A stretch of DNA of 64,000 nt from Candidatus Krumholzibacteriia bacterium (GCA_041484665.1 JBGPIA010000002.1:1-64000); one strand, 5' to 3'. Positions 48,438-56,934 are shown, counted from the first letter of the stretch. The notes: generated from the sequence alone by a model not told the origin. Translations and numbers: made by a program.

Positions 48438-48913
48438 GACTGCGGTCCGCTCGCTGCGGATTCGGCTCCGCCGGCTGCGCCAGCCGGCCCACCAGAGCCA
48501 GCGTAAGCCTCGTCACCGGGCCGCTGCCGCCCCCGCTCACCGCGCGCCACGACCATGATTCCGGTGAGGATCAGCGCTGTGCCGATCCATCGCAAAAGGG
48601 GAACCTGCTCGTGCAGCAGCGCCGCCGACAAGAGCGTGACCAGGACGTAGCTCAGCGAACCCAAGGGATAGGCGACGGCCAGATCGACGCGCGAGAGCAC
48701 GAGCAGCCACACTGCCGTCCCCGTGGCGAACACGAGCAGCCCGCCCACCACCCAGCCGGAGAGCGCGGCGCTGCGCAAGAGCGCCAGCCCGTGCGAGCCT
48801 GCGGCCTGCGCCATGCCGCGGCGCAGCATCAGCTGGGCGGTCACGCTCATCACGACGCTCACGCCCACCAGCTGCACGGTGCGCGCATCCAGCCCGCCGC
48901 GCGCGCGCGTCAC
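48434..48913 (-). CDS. SMR/EamA small membrane protein (ArnE/ArnF-like)
   Basis: GTG 48913 after GGAGG. TAQLMLRRG, WLLVLSRVDLAVAYPLGSLSYV, LHEQV...RWIG. Confidence 0.85.
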   Translation of the reverse strand: MTRARGGLDARTVQLVGVSVVMSVTAQLMLRRGMAQAAGSHGLALLRSAALSGWVVGGLLVFATGTAVWLLVLSRVDLAVAYPLGSLSYVLVTLLSAALLHEQVPLLRWIGTALILTGIMVVARGERGRQRPGDEAYAGSGGPAGAAGGAESAASGPQS

Positions 48914-49337
48914 GCCGTCCTCCCGGCCGCGATCCCGGCCATGACGGCGCTTGCGGCGCCCGGGCAGCTTGTTGCCCTCACCGTGAGCGCGACGAGCGGC
49001 ATCGCCCGAGGGGGCGGGCGCAGGGGACGGGCGCTGTCGGATACGGTCACGGCATCGAGCTCCATGAAGGGCGTCCAGGGTGCCGCGGGGCAGCCGCCGC
49101 CGGAGCGGGTTCCCTCCCCGCGCGGGCCCAATCCGGCGGGCCCACATCGCGCTGCAGTCTAGAGCGGGTGGGCTCCGGCGGCGAGGCCCGCGTCTCCGCC
49201 GGGCCTTACCCTCGGCGGGTACGTCCGCTGCGCTTGCCGAGAGCGCCGCTCGCACGTACCGTTGCGCGACGGCACGGTCGGCCGCCGCGGACGGCCCCGG
49301 TCGCGCGTACGATTCCGCGCGCAGGAGGTGAATCGGC

Positions 49338-49754
49338 GTGATGGCGACCGGCCGTCCGCGGGGACGGGCGTTGCGGCGGCGACCGGGGCTCCACTGGCGG
49401 CGGTTCCTGCCGCTGCTGGTCGCCGTGGGCGTGGCGGCGTGCGGCCGCCATGGTCGCGAGTCCGCCGCGACGGTGCGTGCCGCAACGCCGCTCCCGCCGG
49501 TACGCTGGCGCGGCATCGCGCGCGCGCAGCGCTACGTCGTGCGCGGCTGGTCGGGCGATCAGTTGCTCTTCGAGCTGACGACACGCGACACGCTGCTGGC
49601 GCTCAGCCCGTCGCTGCAACAGACGCTGGCGGCGTTCGACTCCGCTGCGGTCGAAGTGCTGGGGATGGGAGAGCAGGGTCTGATCGGTCGGCAGGCAGTC
49701 GTGCTGCGTAGCCCCGGACAACGGGACGGGGGTGGTGCCGGAGGTGGGATTTGA
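49338..49754 (+). CDS. Hypothetical lipoprotein
   Basis: AGGAGG RBS, basic N-region, and lipobox VAAC. The 3' end overlaps the tRNA-Leu gene. Confidence 0.55.
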   Translation: MMATGRPRGRALRRRPGLHWRRFLPLLVAVGVAACGRHGRESAATVRAATPLPPVRWRGIARAQRYVVRGWSGDQLLFELTTRDTLLALSPSLQQTLAAFDSAAVEVLGMGEQGLIGRQAVVLRSPGQRDGGGAGGGI

Positions 49755-49819
49755 ACCCACACGAGCCGAAGCCCACGGGATTTTGAGTCCCGCACGTCTG
49801 CCAGTTCCGCCACTCCGGC
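49733..49819 (-). tRNA. tRNA-Leu (CAA)
   Basis: GCCGGAGTGGCGGAACTGGCAGACG...GGGACTCAAAATCCC..., long variable arm, GGGTTCAAATCCC, CTCCGGCACCA. CCA is encoded. Confidence 0.96.
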
Positions 49820-49860
49820 ATCGCAGCGCCAAAACCAGCGTCGGGCGGCGCGCGGCAGCC

Positions 49861-49889
49861 AGGGTAGGGAGCGCACCGGCAGATGTCAA
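49861..49889 (-). promoter_or_regulatory. sigma70-type promoter for tRNA-Leu
   Basis: Minus-strand TTGACA-N17-TACCCT. Confidence 0.65.
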
Positions 49890-49901
49890 ATGGCGCCTCC
49901 C

Positions 49902-49929
49902 TTGACAAGCCCGCGGGAACCAATAAACT
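49902..49929 (+). promoter_or_regulatory. sigma70-type promoter for tRNA-Ala
   Basis: TTGACA-N16-TAAACT. Confidence 0.65.
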
Positions 49930-49949
49930 GGGTCGGCCCAGCACGATGT

Positions 49950-50025
49950 GGGGCCATAGCTCAGCTGGGAGAGCGCATGACTGGCAGTCATGAGGTCACG
50001 GGTTCGAGCCCCGTTGGCTCCACCA
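49950..50025 (+). tRNA. tRNA-Ala (GGC)
   Basis: GGGGCCATAGCTCAGCTGGGAGAGCG CATGACTGGCAGTCATG...GGTTCGAGCCC...TGGCTCCACCA. 76 nt with the G3:U70 pair. Confidence 0.97.
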
Positions 50026-50095
50026 ACTCCCCTCGCACAGCGCCGCCGTTCCCACCCTCCTCGACGCCGCCGTGGCGCCAGCGCGCGGTCGAGCC

Positions 50096-51439
50096 ATGAG
50101 CGCGAGCGCGCCTACCGTCGTCTTCTTCGAGGACGCTGGTGTCGCAGGCCTCTTCCCGCTCACGCTGACCCGACCGGCCTTCGAGCTGCGCAGTGGGGCG
50201 CTCAATCTGCGCGAGCGCGTGCAGCTGTGCGCCGGCCCGCGTGCCGTTGCGGCCTGCGTGCGTCCGGCGCTGCAACCCTTGTTGAGCGCCACGCTGCCCG
50301 GCCTGGCCGGCGCAGCGCTCGCCGCGGCCGGACCTGCCGTGTGGATCAACGGCCGGCTGCGCGCGAGCGTTGAGACCCTGCGCCGCATGCTGACCCTCCC
50401 AGCGGCGCCCTCCCGCGCGCTGCGTGTGGATGGGATGGTGGCCATGGCGTGGATCGACGCCGACGCTTCCCTGGCGCTGCGACCGGCCGCCGGCCCCACG
50501 CCGCTGCTCGCGCTGCTGGAGTCGTTGCCGCCGGCGGAGGCGATCACGGACGTGGGGCTCTTCTCCCATCCGTGGGAAATCGTCCAGGCCAACGGTCGGC
50601 TGCTGTGCGACGACTTCCGTACGCTGCGCGACGGCACCCCGATCGCGCGCGAGATCTTCGGCGTCCGCTTCGAGCCCGGGGCGGGCGCCCGCGCGCTACT
50701 GGCCCGCGACGCGTACGGCGCGGCGCAGCAGGCCATCCTGTACCCTGGGGTGCACGTGCTGGAGGAGGAGAACGTACGGTTCGGGGCCGGCTGCCAGCTC
50801 AAGCCTGGCGTGGTCCTGGACGCGCAGCAGGGCCCGATCCTGATCGGCGCCGGCGCGCTCCTTGCGCCCAACGTCGTGGTGGAAGGCCCGGCGTACATTG
50901 GCCCGGGCTGCACCATCAACCCGGGCGCGCGCCTGCGCGAGGGAACGAGTCTGGGAGCGCTCTGCAAGGTGGGCGGAGAGGTTGAGGAGTCGGTCGTGCT
51001 CGACCTGAGCAACAAGCAGCACGATGGCTTCCTGGGGCACGCCGCCCTGGGCTCCTGGGTGAACCTGGGCGCCGACACCAACGGGAGCGACCTCAAGAAC
51101 AACTACGGGACGGTGAAGGTCGATCTCGGGGAAGGGGAGATCGACAGCGGACTGCGCTTCGTCGGGCCCACTATCGGCGATCACTCCAAGACCGGCATTA
51201 ATACGATGCTCACCACTGGGGCCGTGATCGGTGTCTGTTGCAATGTGTACGGAGGCGGCTTTCCTCCTCGGTTCGTACCGAGCTTCCGCTGGGGCGGCCC
51301 CGAGGGCTGGGTTGAGCACCGGCTGCCGGCGGCGTTGGGTACGGCCCGCACGGTGATGGGGCGGCGTCAGGCGGTCTGGCTTCCCGAGCACGAGGCGCTG
51401 CTTGCCGACGTGCACGCCGCCACCGCGCGCCAGCGCTGA
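50096..51439 (+). CDS. GlmU-like putative sugar nucleotidyltransferase / hexapeptide-repeat protein
   Basis: LFPLTLTRPAFELRSG, hexapeptide repeats, KVGGEVEES, NKQHDGFLGH..LGSWVNLGADTN.SDLKNNY. Confidence 0.88.
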   Translation: MSASAPTVVFFEDAGVAGLFPLTLTRPAFELRSGALNLRERVQLCAGPRAVAACVRPALQPLLSATLPGLAGAALAAAGPAVWINGRLRASVETLRRMLTLPAAPSRALRVDGMVAMAWIDADASLALRPAAGPTPLLALLESLPPAEAITDVGLFSHPWEIVQANGRLLCDDFRTLRDGTPIAREIFGVRFEPGAGARALLARDAYGAAQQAILYPGVHVLEEENVRFGAGCQLKPGVVLDAQQGPILIGAGALLAPNVVVEGPAYIGPGCTINPGARLREGTSLGALCKVGGEVEESVVLDLSNKQHDGFLGHAALGSWVNLGADTNGSDLKNNYGTVKVDLGEGEIDSGLRFVGPTIGDHSKTGINTMLTTGAVIGVCCNVYGGGFPPRFVPSFRWGGPEGWVEHRLPAALGTARTVMGRRQAVWLPEHEALLADVHAATARQR

Positions 51440-51461
51440 CCGCGCGGCGACGGCGGCGTTG

Positions 51462-52181
51462 ATGCTGCTCATCGGAGAGACTCTCACCAGCAGCAGCCCT
51501 GCGGTCAGGACCGCGCTGGTCAGCCGCGACGCTGCCTGGCTCACCGCCTGCGCCCGGCGGCAGCTTGCGGCCGGCGTCGAGCTGCTCGACTGCAACGCTG
51601 CCGTGCTGGGAGCCGGGGAGCGCGCGGCGCTGGTGTGGTTGGCGGAGCTGCTGGAGGGAGCGGTGGCGGCACCGCTGTGCCTGGACAGCTCCGATGTGGC
51701 GGTGCTGGCGGCGGCCGGCTGCGGCCGCCGGTTCCCACCCGTGCTGAACTCGGTGGCCGCCACTCCGCCGTGGCCCGAGCTGATCGTGGAGCTGGTGGGC
51801 GCGGGGGCGCGGCTGATCGTGCAGCTGCGCGAAGGGCGCCAGCTGCCCCACGACGCAACCACGCGACTGCGCTGGGCGGAGCGGGCGCTGGCAGGCGCGG
51901 CGCGGGCGGGTCTGCCTGCGGAGCGGATCCTGCTCGATCCCGTGCTGCTACCGTGGGGACACGACCTGGTGCAGGGCGCGCCGCTTCTGGCATTCGTGGA
52001 GGATGCGGCCACGCGCTGGCCCGCCGTGGCGACCATCGTGGGGCTCTCCAACGCGTCGTTTGGCGCCGCCGGCCGCTCGGAGATCCACCGCGCCTGGCTG
52101 CGCGCTCTCAAGACAGCCGGGCTGGGCGCGGTCATCCTGAACCCGTTCGACGCCGAGCTGATCGCGATCGCCCGGACCTGA
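51462..52181 (+). CDS. Pterin-binding protein, AcsE/MeTr-like (methyl-THF:corrinoid methyltransferase family)
   Basis: MLLIGE, ARRQ..AG..LLD.N, PLCLDS, VLNS, ILLDP, GLSNASFG...R..I.R. Confidence 0.82.
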   Translation: MLLIGETLTSSSPAVRTALVSRDAAWLTACARRQLAAGVELLDCNAAVLGAGERAALVWLAELLEGAVAAPLCLDSSDVAVLAAAGCGRRFPPVLNSVAATPPWPELIVELVGAGARLIVQLREGRQLPHDATTRLRWAERALAGAARAGLPAERILLDPVLLPWGHDLVQGAPLLAFVEDAATRWPAVATIVGLSNASFGAAGRSEIHRAWLRALKTAGLGAVILNPFDAELIAIART

Positions 52182-52531
52182 GTCAGTTTACCGACCCCTC
52201 GCGGAATCTGGCGTATCGGGCCTTGGCCGGACACCGCGGCTCCGTACCCGTCGTAGCCAGTAACCAATTACCCCCTTTCAAGATACGCGTTCGTGCCTGG
52301 AAGTCGGTGCTCGCCGTTCGATGCGGCACGGGACTTGATGCTGTAGGGCTCTGCGTCGCCTGCGTGGCGCGCGACTTGCCGGGCGGCTCCTTCATCTTCG
52401 GTCTTCGACCAGCCATTGCCGGCACGCGGCCGCCGCGGACGACGCACAACTTCTACTTCCGGTCCGGCGCGCTCCAGTGCGCCGTGCGACCGCCGATCCG
52501 GCCCCGCGCCCTCCGTCGCGGGGCCGTTTCG

Positions 52532-52561
52532 TTGACACCCGCGCGCGACCGCTGGTAGGGT
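52532..52561 (+). promoter_or_regulatory. sigma70-type promoter of BMC operon
   Basis: TTGACA-N18-TAGGGT with an extended -10 TGn. Confidence 0.55.
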
Positions 52562-52644
52562 GCCTTTGTGCGTGCAGCCGCGCGCGCCCGCGCGGGCCGG
52601 CGTCACGCCAGCGGTCGCTCATCAGGCAAGGAGCAAGTACGGCG

Positions 52645-52935
52645 ATGAAGGAAGCTCTGGGGATGGTCGAGACGCGCGGCTTCGCCGCGATGGTCGAGGC
52701 GGCGGACGCCATGGTGAAGGCGGCCAACGTGGTGCTGATCGGCTATGAGAAGATCGGCGCCGGCTACTGCACGGCGATCGTGCGCGGCGACGTCGCGGCG
52801 GTGAAGGCCGCCACCGATGCCGGCGCGGCGGCAGCGGCGAAGGTTGGCGAGTTGATCACCGTGCACGTCATCCCGCGCCCGCACACCAACGTGCAGGAGC
52901 GGTTGCCGATCGGCGGGGTCGCCGATGGCAAGTGA
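52645..52935 (+). CDS. BMC hexameric shell protein (BMC-H, EutM/PduA/CcmK family)
   Basis: [24 protein letters not shown]...GDVAAVKAA...HVIPRPH. AAGGAG RBS. Confidence 0.96.
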   Translation: MKEALGMVETRGFAAMVEAADAMVKAANVVLIGYEKIGAGYCTAIVRGDVAAVKAATDAGAAAAAKVGELITVHVIPRPHTNVQERLPIGGVADGK

Positions 52936-52956
52936 CAGCGCGGGCAGGAACGACCC

Positions 52957-53244
52957 ATGCAGCTCGCCGAGGTGATCGGCACGGTGGTGGCCACGCGCAA
53001 GGAGCCGACCCTTGCCGGCATGAAGCTGCTCGTGCTCAAGGTGATCGACCTGCAACGCCAGCCGCTGGGGCAGTATCTGGTGGCGGCCGACGCAGTGGGC
53101 GCCGGGACGAGCGAGATCGTTCTGTTCGCCGCCGGAAGCTCGGCCCGCCTCACCGAGATCACGAAGGACCGTCCGGTGGACGCCGTCGTGATGGCGATCG
53201 TGGACGCCCTCGAGGTAGGTGGCACGTTCCTCTACGAGAAGTAA
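52957..53244 (+). CDS. BMC pentameric vertex protein (BMC-P, EutN/CcmL) #1
   Basis: VIGTVVATRK..L.G.KLL, VAADAVGAG..E.VL...GSSAR, PVDAVVMAIVD. Confidence 0.95.
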   Translation: MQLAEVIGTVVATRKEPTLAGMKLLVLKVIDLQRQPLGQYLVAADAVGAGTSEIVLFAAGSSARLTEITKDRPVDAVVMAIVDALEVGGTFLYEK

Positions 53245-53341
53245 TCTGCAGCGCGACGGCACTCCGGGCGGGCGCCGCGCCGTCGACCGGTCTCCTCCCG
53301 CCGGCGCCCGGCGCCCGCGGACGCAAGGGCGGGCAGGCGCC

Positions 53342-54850
53342 ATGTCGCTGAGCGAAGAGCGCATCTCCGAGATCGTGCAGGCGGCGCGAGCGCGGGCGGG
53401 GCTTGACGCGCCGTTGCGCGCCCCGGCGGCGCACGCGCCGGCCGGCTCCGGCCCGGCCCACGGCGGCGAGGCCGGCGGCCTTGGCCGCTCGCTGCCCGGC
53501 GGCGGCCACGGGCCCGACAGCGCCATGCAGGGCATCTTCCCCACGCTCGAGGAGGCGGTGCGCGCCGCGGCGCACGCCTTCGAGCAGTTCCGCGGCTTCC
53601 CGCTGGAATCGCGCAAGGCGATGATCGATTCGATCCGCCGCAAGCTGCGCGCGAATGTCGACCTGCTCGCGCGCCTGGCCGTGGAGGAGACCGGCCTGGG
53701 GCGCGCCGAGGACAAACGGGCCAAGAACCTCCTGGTGATCAACAAGTCACCCGGCCCGGAGATCCTCGTGCCCGAGTGCCAGACCGGCGACGATGGTCTG
53801 GTGCTCACCGAATGGGCTCCGTACGGCGTGATCGGCGCGATCACCCCGGTGACCAACCCCAGCGAGACGGTGATCAACAACGGGATCGGGATGCTCGCCG
53901 CCGGCAACGCCGTCGTGTTCAACGGGCACCCCGGCGCCAAGGACGTCACGCGGCTGGCGATCTCGCTGATGAACGAGGCAGCCCAGGAGGCCGGCGCGCC
54001 GCGCAACCTGCTCACCGCAGTGCGCGAGCCCACCATCGAGACGGCCCAGGCGCTCATGCGCCACCGGGACGTACGGTTGCTGGTGGTGACGGGAGGCGCG
54101 GCGGTGGTTAAGGCGGCGCTGCAGTCAGGCAAGCGCTGCATCACGGCCGGACCCGGCAACCCGCCGGCCGTCGTGGACGAGACCGCCGATCTGGCGGCCG
54201 CCGCCCGCGACATCACGCTGGGGGCCTCCCTGGACAACAACATCATCTGCACGGCCGAGAAGCTCGTGATCGTGGTCGAGGCGGTGCGCGACGCGCTGCT
54301 GCGCGAGCTAGGTAGACTGGGCAACGTGATCTTGCGCCAGGACCAGATCCCCCTGCTCTCCAAGGTAATCTTCGAGGAGATGGCGGGACCACGGCAGCGC
54401 GCCCGCATCGACCGGCAGTACGTGGGCAAGAACGCCCGCGTAATCCTGGCCAAGCTCGGCATCCAGGCGACCGACAGCTGCCGGCTGGCGATCGTGCCGG
54501 TCGACAACGATCATCCGTTGCTGTGGACCGAGCAGATGATGCCGGTCCTGCCCGTCACCTCGGCGCCGGACGCTGAGACGGCCATGGATCTGGCCGTGGC
54601 CATGGAGGGGGGCAACCGGCACACGTTCATCATGCACAGCAAGCGTGTGGACCGTCTCAGCGCCATGGCGCGCAAGTGCGACGCGTCGATCTTCGTGAAG
54701 AACGGCCCGAACATCGCCGGGCTGGGCCAGGGCGGCGAGGGCCCCACGAGCTTCACCATCGCGACGCCGACGGGGGAGGGGATGACCGATGCCCGCTCCT
54801 TCTCGCGGCGCCGGCGCTGCACGTTGGTGGGCGAATTCCGCATCGTCTGA
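53342..54850 (+). CDS. BMC-associated acylating aldehyde dehydrogenase (EutE/PduP family) with N-terminal encapsulation-peptide-like helix
   Basis: EETGLGR.EDK, PYGVIGAITPVTNP.ET, AGPGNPP, DNNIICTAEK, EQMMP, TIATPTGEG.T. The N-terminus MSLSEERISEIVQAARAR is followed by a low-complexity linker. Confidence 0.93.
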   Translation: MSLSEERISEIVQAARARAGLDAPLRAPAAHAPAGSGPAHGGEAGGLGRSLPGGGHGPDSAMQGIFPTLEEAVRAAAHAFEQFRGFPLESRKAMIDSIRRKLRANVDLLARLAVEETGLGRAEDKRAKNLLVINKSPGPEILVPECQTGDDGLVLTEWAPYGVIGAITPVTNPSETVINNGIGMLAAGNAVVFNGHPGAKDVTRLAISLMNEAAQEAGAPRNLLTAVREPTIETAQALMRHRDVRLLVVTGGAAVVKAALQSGKRCITAGPGNPPAVVDETADLAAAARDITLGASLDNNIICTAEKLVIVVEAVRDALLRELGRLGNVILRQDQIPLLSKVIFEEMAGPRQRARIDRQYVGKNARVILAKLGIQATDSCRLAIVPVDNDHPLLWTEQMMPVLPVTSAPDAETAMDLAVAMEGGNRHTFIMHSKRVDRLSAMARKCDASIFVKNGPNIAGLGQGGEGPTSFTIATPTGEGMTDARSFSRRRRCTLVGEFRIV

Positions 54851-54890
54851 GCCGCGGCGGGAGCCACCTGCCGTCGGCGACCGGGGGAGC

Positions 54891-55502
54891 ATGGACGGGC
54901 GTACCGCGCTGGGGCTGATCGAGTGTCGGAGCATGGCGCGGGGAACGGTTGTCGCCGACGCCATGCTCAAGACCGCGCGCGTGCACCTGCTACTGTGCGC
55001 GCCCGTTTCGCCGGGCAAGCTGCTGGTGGGCCTGCGCGGCGGCGTCGCCGATGTGGAGGCCGCGATGGCGGCGGGCCTGCACGTGGCGGGCGACTGGCTG
55101 GAGGACGCGCTCTTCATCCCGCGCCTGCACGACGAGGTGGCTGCTGCGTTGTTGCGGCCGCTGGGGCAGGGCGTGCTCGAGTCCCTGGGGATCGTCGAGA
55201 CCGCCACGGTGGCGGCAGCGTTGCGTGCTGCCGACGCATCGCTCAAGGCGGCGGGCGTGCGGCTGCTCTCGATCCGGTTGGCCGCGGGGATTGGGGGCAA
55301 GGCCATCTACTTCGTCACCGGAGCGCTGCCCGACGCGCAGGCGGCCGTCGACGCGGGATGTGTCGCGGTACAGCACGCGGCGCTGCTCGTGCACTGCGAG
55401 GTCATCCCGCAGCCCCACCCCGATCTGGCCTGGTACCTGGCCCAGGGTCCGGGGCAGGCGTCCGCCCCCGGCGGAGTGTGGACCCTGCCGCAGGAGGAGT
55501 GA
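54891..55502 (+). CDS. BMC tandem-domain shell protein (BMC-T, PduT-like)
   Basis: Two BMC domains: ALGLIE...ADAMLK...SPGK...G.VADV and SLGIVET...AAD..LKAA...GIGGK...VIPQPH. Confidence 0.92.
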   Translation: MDGRTALGLIECRSMARGTVVADAMLKTARVHLLLCAPVSPGKLLVGLRGGVADVEAAMAAGLHVAGDWLEDALFIPRLHDEVAAALLRPLGQGVLESLGIVETATVAAALRAADASLKAAGVRLLSIRLAAGIGGKAIYFVTGALPDAQAAVDAGCVAVQHAALLVHCEVIPQPHPDLAWYLAQGPGQASAPGGVWTLPQEE

Positions 55503-55503
55503 G

Positions 55504-55914
55504 GTGCAGCTGGCGCGCGTGCTGGGGACCTGCGTGGCCACGCGCAAGGTGGAGAGCCTGCGCGGACTGCGCCTCTTGATCCTACAGCCGCTCACGTTCG
55601 ACCTGGAGCCGCGCGGACCGCACGTGATCGCCGCCGACGTGGTGCGGGCGGGGCGGGGCGAGCTGGTGTTCTTCGTACGTGGGCGCGAGGCCGCCAATTC
55701 GTTGCCGCAGCCCTTCTGCCCCATCGACGCTGCGTGCGTGGGAATCGTGGACGAGCTGGGCATGGTGGCGCTGACCGGGGCCACGGACAACGCATCGCGC
55801 GAGGCTGCGGGGCGCCCCGTGGCCGCCGTGCGGGCGCAGGATGCCGCGGCCGCCGGCACGCCACAGGCCGCTGCGCTTGTCTGGAGGGTGCGCCAGGGAG
55901 GGGAGATGCCGTGA
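55504..55914 (+). CDS. BMC-P (EutN/CcmL) #2 with C-terminal extension
   Basis: GTG after GGAGGAG. ARVLGTCVATRK, IAADVV.AG.GELVF..GREAA, PIDA..VGIVD. Confidence 0.92.
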   Translation: MQLARVLGTCVATRKVESLRGLRLLILQPLTFDLEPRGPHVIAADVVRAGRGELVFFVRGREAANSLPQPFCPIDAACVGIVDELGMVALTGATDNASREAAGRPVAAVRAQDAAAAGTPQAAALVWRVRQGGEMP

Positions 55915-56171
55915 AGGTCGCCCGCGTGGTGGGCCAGGTGGTCGCCACCCTCAAGCACCCGGACCTGGAGGGGTACCACCTGCTGGTCGTCCAACCCGAG
56001 CCGGTCGGCGGCCTGGCGGGTGGGCCCGCGCTGATCGCCATCGACCGCATCGGGGTCGGTGTCGGCGAGCGCGTCCTGCTGGTGGACGACGGGGCTGCCG
56101 CCCGTGGACTGTTGGGCAAGAGCGGACCGGTCCGCAGCATGATCGTCGGGGTCATCGACGCGGTGGGGTAG
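55911..56171 (+). CDS. BMC-P (EutN/CcmL) #3
   Basis: GTGA overlap. ARVVGQVVATLKH, IAID.IG.G.GERVLLVDDG.AAR, PVRSMIVGVID. Confidence 0.92.
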   Translation: MKVARVVGQVVATLKHPDLEGYHLLVVQPEPVGGLAGGPALIAIDRIGVGVGERVLLVDDGAAARGLLGKSGPVRSMIVGVIDAVG

Positions 56172-56217
56172 AGGTAGGCAGGGGAGCCATCCGAATCAGC
56201 CAACGTCCATTTTTGCA

Positions 56218-56246
56218 TTGACTTGCCCACGCCCCGCTGCTATCTA
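56218..56246 (+). promoter_or_regulatory. sigma70-type promoter for HU gene
   Basis: TTGACT-N17-TATCTA with an extended TGn. Confidence 0.5.
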
Positions 56247-56336
56247 GGGACGGGTTTGCCTCGCGAAGGAGGAGCGGCGGGGCCCTCCTCGCCGCCCCGG
56301 GAGTGGGGACGACGCCTGGCCGGAAGGGGTTTTCGC

Positions 56337-56690
56337 ATGACCAAGGCCGACCTGGTCGAAGTGATCGCCGAAGGCACTGGCCTCTCGAAGAAGGACACGG
56401 GGGTCGTGGTCGACCTGATCCTCGAGAACATCTGCAAGGCGCTGTGCGAAGGGGACAAGGTGGAGCTGCGCGGCTTCGGGAGCTTCAAGGTCAAGGAGCG
56501 GAGGTCGCGCAAGGCGCGCAACCCGAGAACGGGCGACGGGGTCGACGTTCCTTCCAAGCTGGTCCCCTACTTCAAATCGTCCAACGAGCTTAAGATGCTC
56601 GTGGACAGCAACGCGGCCCGCGCCGCGGCTGGCCCGCGCGCAGGCAGAGCCCACGCCGAAAGTGGAAGCGGAAGCGGCGCGGGCTCGTGA
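56337..56690 (+). CDS. hup: HU/IHF family DNA-binding protein
   Basis: MTKADLVE.IA..TGLSKKD, VELRGFGSF.VKER..RKARNPRTG. Confidence 0.93.
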   Translation: MTKADLVEVIAEGTGLSKKDTGVVVDLILENICKALCEGDKVELRGFGSFKVKERRSRKARNPRTGDGVDVPSKLVPYFKSSNELKMLVDSNAARAAAGPRAGRAHAESGSGSGAGS

Positions 56691-56811
56691 GCGCGGCGGC
56701 TCTGGCCGCGCGCCTGGTCACGGATCCACATCCATGCGCCCCGCGCGCTCAACCCGCGCGGTGCCATCCAAGACGGGTCGGCTCGGCCCGCCCGACTGAA
56801 GGAGTTCGCAC

Positions 56812-56907
56812 ATGCCCTGCGGCCGCAAGCGCAAGCGCAAGAAGATCGCCACCCACAAGCGCAAGAAGCGCCTGCGCAAGAACCGTCACAAGAAGAAGGG
56901 CAAGTGA
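56812..56907 (+). CDS. AURKAIP1/COX24-domain small basic protein (bS22/mS38-like ribosomal protein), 31 aa
   Basis: Not in the ORF track. AAGGAG RBS, then MPCGRKRKRKKIATHKRKKRLRKNRHKKKGK*. Confidence 0.88.
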   Translation: MPCGRKRKRKKIATHKRKKRLRKNRHKKKGK

Positions 56908-56934
56908 TCCAGCCCCTGGTGAGGGCCCACGTCC

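Noticed and set aside
48910..49131. 73-aa ORF whose stop overlaps the SMR gene start
   Set aside because: No RBS or motif and low complexity. The GTGA overlap may be chance.
49733..50025. tRNA-anchored genomic island
   Set aside because: No integrase, no att duplication seen and no clear compositional shift.
52645..56171. Calling the BMC an ethanolamine (eut) or propanediol (pdu) locus
   Set aside because: No eutBC, pduCDE or associated genes are present, and shell and AldDH genes alone do not define the substrate.
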